A DNA stretch of 63,834 nucleotides, the filler included. It is 6 parts of 6 records of this genome, joined end to end, with 100 filler letters (N's around TTAATTAATTAA, not from the genome) between each part and the next. Parts side by side here need not be neighbours in the genome. Positions count along the whole stretch, not along the records: positions 58,465 to 63,834 come from DRR378314_1606; 5 more parts are not named here. One strand, 5' to 3'. Each line of letters starts with the position of its first letter. The first letter of the stretch is position 1. Below the pieces are notes generated by a model. It was not told the DNA's origin, ran no database searches, and saw only the letters and a list, made by a program, of their open reading frames with translations. Of the stretch, positions 59,946 to 63,834 are shown one piece after another. The translations under genes and the position numbers were made by a program.

Positions 59946-62482
59946 TCCGTAAGGTATTGGTGTAGCGCCGCTTGCATGGCACTAAGCGTCAACGGCTTGA
60001 TCAACTGTCCGTCCATGCCGGCGTCGTGGATGCGGCCGGCGTATTCGGGGAGGACGTGGGCGCTGAGCGCCAGGATCACCGCCGGGGGCCAGCCTTTCTC
60101 CTGCTCCAGGCGGCGCATGCGGGTGGCACTTTCGAAGCCGTCCATGTCGGGCATGTCCAGGTCCATGAGCACCAGCCGGTAGCGGCCTTCACCGGCGGTG
60201 AACGCTTCCAGAGCCTTGCGGCCGTCGTCGCTGAGCACCGGGCCGGGCACGCCGAGGCGCTCCAGGTAACCGCGGGTCACCATCTGGTTGACCGGGTTGT
60301 CCTCGGCCACCAGCACGCGCAGGCCGCCCTGGGTGTCCACCGGTTCCCGTTCCGACAGCAGCGGCACCTGGCCCGGGCCGCTGTCGCTGATCAGCTGCTG
60401 CAGCTCGGTCACCGTGAGCACCGCGCGGCGCACCAGGGTGACGTCGTCGCGCATCACCACTTCCCCACTTTCGCGCATGCCGCACAGCAACACCGGCCGC
60501 AGCCCGGCGTGGCGCTCGCGGGCGGGCCGCAGCCCCTGATCCAGCAGCACGCCGTCGCTGACGCCGTTGACCAGCAGATGGCCACTGTCGTCTTCGCTCA
60601 GCGCCCGCTGCACCGCCGCCAGGTCGTCCACCACCCGCACCCGGGAGAAGCGCGGGTCGCGCTGCAGCAGCTCACCCAGGTTGCCCACCGGGTCCCACAC
60701 CAGCGCCGGCACCGAGGTCCATTCCGGCATCGGCACCGCTTTTTCCAGCACCGGCAGCGGAATCACGAAGCGGAAGGTGGTGCCCTGCTCCGGCGCACTG
60801 CGCACTTCGATGTCACCGCCCATCAGGCGCACCAGCTCCTGGCTGATCGACAGCCCCAGGCCGGTGCCGCCGAAGCGCTGCGCCACCGAGGCGGACGCCT
60901 GGCTGAAGTTCTGGAACAGCCGGCGCTGCTCCTCGCGGGTCATGCCGATGCCGCTGTCGCTGACGGTGAACTCGATCATCGCCCGGCCGTCGCGCTCTTC
61001 CAGGCAGCGGGCGCCCACCCGGATCCAGCCGTGGCGGGTGAACTTGATCGCATTGGAGAGCAAATTGGTGAGCACCTGGCGCAGCCGGGGCGCGTCGCCG
61101 CGCAGCTGCGCCGGGATATCCGCGTCGGCGTCCACCAGCACCAGGTCGCCGTTGTCGCTGGCCGGCAGGCTGAACATGTGCGCGCAGTCGATCAGCAACG
61201 CGGCGGGATCGAACGGTGACTGCTCCAGCTCCAGCTTGCCGGCTTCCAGCTTGGCGTAATCGAGCACGTCGTTGACCAGGGTATTCAGGGTGCGGCCGGC
61301 GTTCTCGATCAAGCCGATGTATTCCTGCTGACGCGGCGACGGGTTGGTTTCACGCAGCAGCTCCGCCAGCCCCAGCACGCCGTTCAGCGGCGTGCGTATT
61401 TCGTGGCTCATGCGCGCCAGGAACTGGCTCTTGGCGCGCACCTCGGCGCGGCCGCGAATGGCGCGGGTGGCGAAGTGGAAAAACACCAGGCTGAGCACCA
61501 GCACCAGCAGATACAGCACCAGCAGGCCGGCCGCGATCAGCCCGCTGTCGCGCAGGCTCTTGCCGCGCCCCTGCTCCACCAGCATCACCGCGACGCCGGT
61601 GATGTCCTCGCTGAGATCACGCAGGCGCTGCTGGCGATCGCCGCCCTCGGCCAACGCCTCCTGCCAGGTGACGGTCACCCGCGACGGCAGCAGCAGCGTC
61701 TGCCGCGACCACTGCAGGTAGCTTTCCAATTCCGCGTGGGTGGTCCGCCATTGCTGACGCAGCCGCGCCTCGCCGGTGCGCGAGGCGAGCGCCTGGATCT
61801 GCCCCTCCACCTGGGGAATCAACTCTTCCAGCCGCGCCAGGGCGCGCTCCAGCTGACGCAGGTCCACGGTGCTCAGGTAGCCGCCGTTGAGGCTGGTGTA
61901 GACGGCGATGGCGCGGATGACCCCCAGGTCGTGGCTGAGCTGGCGCAGCCCGTTCAACGGCAGGGACAGGGCCTCGTTGGGGCTGGGGCGGGTGGGCACG
62001 GCGATGTCGCCCATGTAGAGCACCGCCGCCAGCGCGTTGTGCAGCCGCCCGTTGATCTGCTCCACGTTATCGAACGGGCCGGACACGTCCCGCCCGGCCA
62101 GCCCGGTGGCCGGACTCAGCTCGCGCCACTCCCGGCGCAGTGCCACCACCTGATCCAGCAGGCTGGGGATGGCGCTGCCGGACACCGCCTGCACGAAGTC
62201 GTCCAGCCGCGCCTCGGTGTTGCGCCGCGCCCGCAGAAAGCGCGCTTCCAGGTCGGGCACCTCCAGGTGCACCCGGGCCGGCGCCAGGTCGCGGGTTTCT
62301 TCCAGGGGCGCGGTCACCGCCAGGCCGATTCGGAACAGGCGTACGTCGTCGAGCATGCGCTGGTAGCCTTCGTGAAGGCCCACGCGGTACTGCAACAACA
62401 GCACCGCGACCACCAGGAACGGCACGGTGACCAGGCCCACTAACAGCAAGATGGCCGGATATTGTTTTCGTTGTGCCACCAT
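59939..62482 (-). CDS. Hybrid sensor histidine kinase/response regulator
   Basis: RBS AAGGAGG before ATG 62482; 2 TM helices around a large helical periplasmic domain; FLARMSHEIRTPLNG, NLLSNAIKFT, DSGIG, GGTGLGL; receiver LVAEDNPVNQ...MDLDMPDMDG...IKP. Confidence 0.93.
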   Translation of the reverse strand: MVAQRKQYPAILLLVGLVTVPFLVVAVLLLQYRVGLHEGYQRMLDDVRLFRIGLAVTAPLEETRDLAPARVHLEVPDLEARFLRARRNTEARLDDFVQAVSGSAIPSLLDQVVALRREWRELSPATGLAGRDVSGPFDNVEQINGRLHNALAAVLYMGDIAVPTRPSPNEALSLPLNGLRQLSHDLGVIRAIAVYTSLNGGYLSTVDLRQLERALARLEELIPQVEGQIQALASRTGEARLRQQWRTTHAELESYLQWSRQTLLLPSRVTVTWQEALAEGGDRQQRLRDLSEDITGVAVMLVEQGRGKSLRDSGLIAAGLLVLYLLVLVLSLVFFHFATRAIRGRAEVRAKSQFLARMSHEIRTPLNGVLGLAELLRETNPSPRQQEYIGLIENAGRTLNTLVNDVLDYAKLEAGKLELEQSPFDPAALLIDCAHMFSLPASDNGDLVLVDADADIPAQLRGDAPRLRQVLTNLLSNAIKFTRHGWIRVGARCLEERDGRAMIEFTVSDSGIGMTREEQRRLFQNFSQASASVAQRFGGTGLGLSISQELVRLMGGDIEVRSAPEQGTTFRFVIPLPVLEKAVPMPEWTSVPALVWDPVGNLGELLQRDPRFSRVRVVDDLAAVQRALSEDDSGHLLVNGVSDGVLLDQGLRPARERHAGLRPVLLCGMRESGEVVMRDDVTLVRRAVLTVTELQQLISDSGPGQVPLLSEREPVDTQGGLRVLVAEDNPVNQMVTRGYLERLGVPGPVLSDDGRKALEAFTAGEGRYRLVLMDLDMPDMDGFESATRMRRLEQEKGWPPAVILALSAHVLPEYAGRIHDAGMDGQLIKPLTLSAMQAALHQYLTDS

Positions 62483-62662
62483 CGCCTCCTTGGCTCGACG
62501 GCCCGTCCTCGCGTACCGGGCCTTCATCCCGAAAAATTAGCACGGCGCCGGACGCATTACAGGACAAATTTGGCAATAGTGACGCCACCATCGCGTGACG
62601 GTCAGGGGGCGGTTACTGTAAAAAAGAACCTTCGTTCGTCCCCTTGGTTAAGAGTCCCGACC

Positions 62663-63289
62663 ATGTGCTTTCGCCGTACCCTGTTCGCCCTGCTCGCCGG
62701 CGCCGTGTTGAGCCTGGCCGGCTGCGCCGCCCCGGCACCGGAAAACAACATCCGGACCCTGCAGGGCGGCGACGGCGGCAGCCTGCCACGGCAGCTGGCC
62801 GGCCAGACCCTGGCCCTGGACCGCTTCCGCGGGCCGCCGGAGCTCGCCGGCCTGGAGAGCAACGGCGAGATCAGCAGCGACCGCTCCGGCTGGCGCCAGT
62901 GGCTGTTCGGCGACCCGGGCACCCGCCTCACCGTGACCGTCTACGGCCTGCCGGCGGGCTGGCAGGACCTGGGCCAGGAGCGCATCGTCTCCGGCCACTA
63001 TGGCCAGCTTCGCCAGCAACGCATCAACCGGGTCTACAACAGCGACAACCAGTCGATCCGCTTCACCAGCGAGCGGCTGTTCGACCTGGAAGGCCGCCTC
63101 ACCGCCAGCGCCCGCTACCTGGTCAATCAGCCCGGCCGGCGGCCGCTTCACGAAGTGCTGCTGCTGACCATGGACGGCGACCATTTCGTGCGCGTCGAGA
63201 GCGGCTCGCGGGAACGCAAGACCACCGAGCTGCTGCAACTGAGCAAACGGGCCCTGGCGGAATTCCGCGCCTACCAGGCGGCCCGCTAG
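62663..63289 (+). CDS. Hypothetical lipoprotein
   Basis: Lipoprotein signal MCFRRTLFALLAGAVLSLAGC; GC-rich third codon positions like neighbouring genes. Confidence 0.7.
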   Translation: MCFRRTLFALLAGAVLSLAGCAAPAPENNIRTLQGGDGGSLPRQLAGQTLALDRFRGPPELAGLESNGEISSDRSGWRQWLFGDPGTRLTVTVYGLPAGWQDLGQERIVSGHYGQLRQQRINRVYNSDNQSIRFTSERLFDLEGRLTASARYLVNQPGRRPLHEVLLLTMDGDHFVRVESGSRERKTTELLQLSKRALAEFRAYQAAR

Positions 63290-63808
63290 GGCAGCGCCAC
63301 CATCAACAGCAGCGGCAGCGTGAGGAAGGAGAGCAGCGTGGAGAACACCACCATCGCCGCCACCGTTTCCGGGCCCTGCCGGTAGGTCTGCGCCAGCAGA
63401 TAGTTGAACACCGCCACCGGCATGGTGGACTGGATCAGAATCACCCCGCGCAGCACGCCCTCCACGCCGGCCAGTTCGCACACCAGCCAGGCGGCGCCGA
63501 AGCCGAGCAACAGCCGGGCCGCGGCGAACACCAGCCCGCCGCCGGCATCGCGCACCCGCAATTGTGACAGCGACACGCCCAGGGTGATCAGCATCATCGG
63601 AATGGTCAGGTCACCGATCAGCGCCACGCTGTTCTGCAGCCAGGCCGGCAGGCGGATCTGGAACACCACCATCACCACGGCCACCACCACCGAGATCAGG
63701 ATTGGGTGGCGCAGCAAACGCCACGACAGCCGCTCGCCGCTGACCACCGCCAATCCCAGGGAAAACTGGATCACCGAGGTCAGCATCATCCAGGCCAGAG
63801 CCAGCGCC
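63286..63808 (-). pseudogene. AEC (auxin efflux carrier) family transporter, C-terminal half, joined directly to a REP
   Basis: LLRHPILIS, LIGDLTIPMMLITLGVSL, QSTMPVAVFNYLLA and VVFSTLLS. The N-terminal half (GN.GLP motif) is absent and a REP at 63811 stands in its place. Confidence 0.6.
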
Positions 63809-63810
63809 TT

Positions 63811-63834
63811 GTGGGAGCGGGCCCTGCCCGCGAA
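63811..63834 (+). repeat. GTGG-type REP element at window end
   Basis: GTGGGAGCGGGCCCTGCCCGCGAA, identical to the reverse complement of 58467-58490. Confidence 0.85.

Overview
This is not one genomic locus. It is six contigs joined by five artificial 100-nt linkers (44 N + TTAATTAATTAA + 44 N, at 22375-22474, 32262-32361, 39189-39288, 48654-48753 and 58365-58464), so it looks like a marine metagenome or co-culture assembly. (1) 1-22374 is a Roseobacter-type alphaproteobacterial chromosome: a multi-hairpin repeat, heparinase II/III-purH-lspA-DUF3035-M16 pair, deoC with a two-domain ALDH, a Mur/Fur-boxed TroABCD-type metal ABC transporter, mutL-rmuC-adenylate cyclase, DUF3775 and two saccharopine dehydrogenases. 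(2) 22475-32261 is a eukaryotic (probably protist) contig with spliceosomal introns: DCAF1/VprBP, a two-exon complex I subunit gene (NDUFC2/B14.5b-like) that the ORF track misses, an ependymin-related secreted protein and an unexplained tail. (3) 32362-39188 is an alphaproteobacterial phosphonate (C-P lyase) cluster. (4-6) 39289-63834 are high-GC gammaproteobacterial contigs (Alcanivorax-like by gene content; this is inference) that mostly break at a GTRG-type REP family. They carry formaldehyde detoxification genes, an iron-regulated PepSY_TM/DUF2271/DUF4198 + two-component system + TonB-receptor island, a PAS-LuxR-alpha/beta-hydrolase fusion, cysH, an OYE-family enzyme and a hybrid kinase. 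The most striking non-obvious signals are: an inverted heptamer-array element that supplies the stop codons of two convergent genes (59813-59945); two promoters with the same activator-box/15-nt/Fur-box layout in the iron island; a vestigial DtxR domain fused to a metal permease; a REP joined in frame to the middle of an AEC transporter gene; and the hidden spliced NDUFC2 gene. Homology calls come from recognising motifs by eye; no searches were run.
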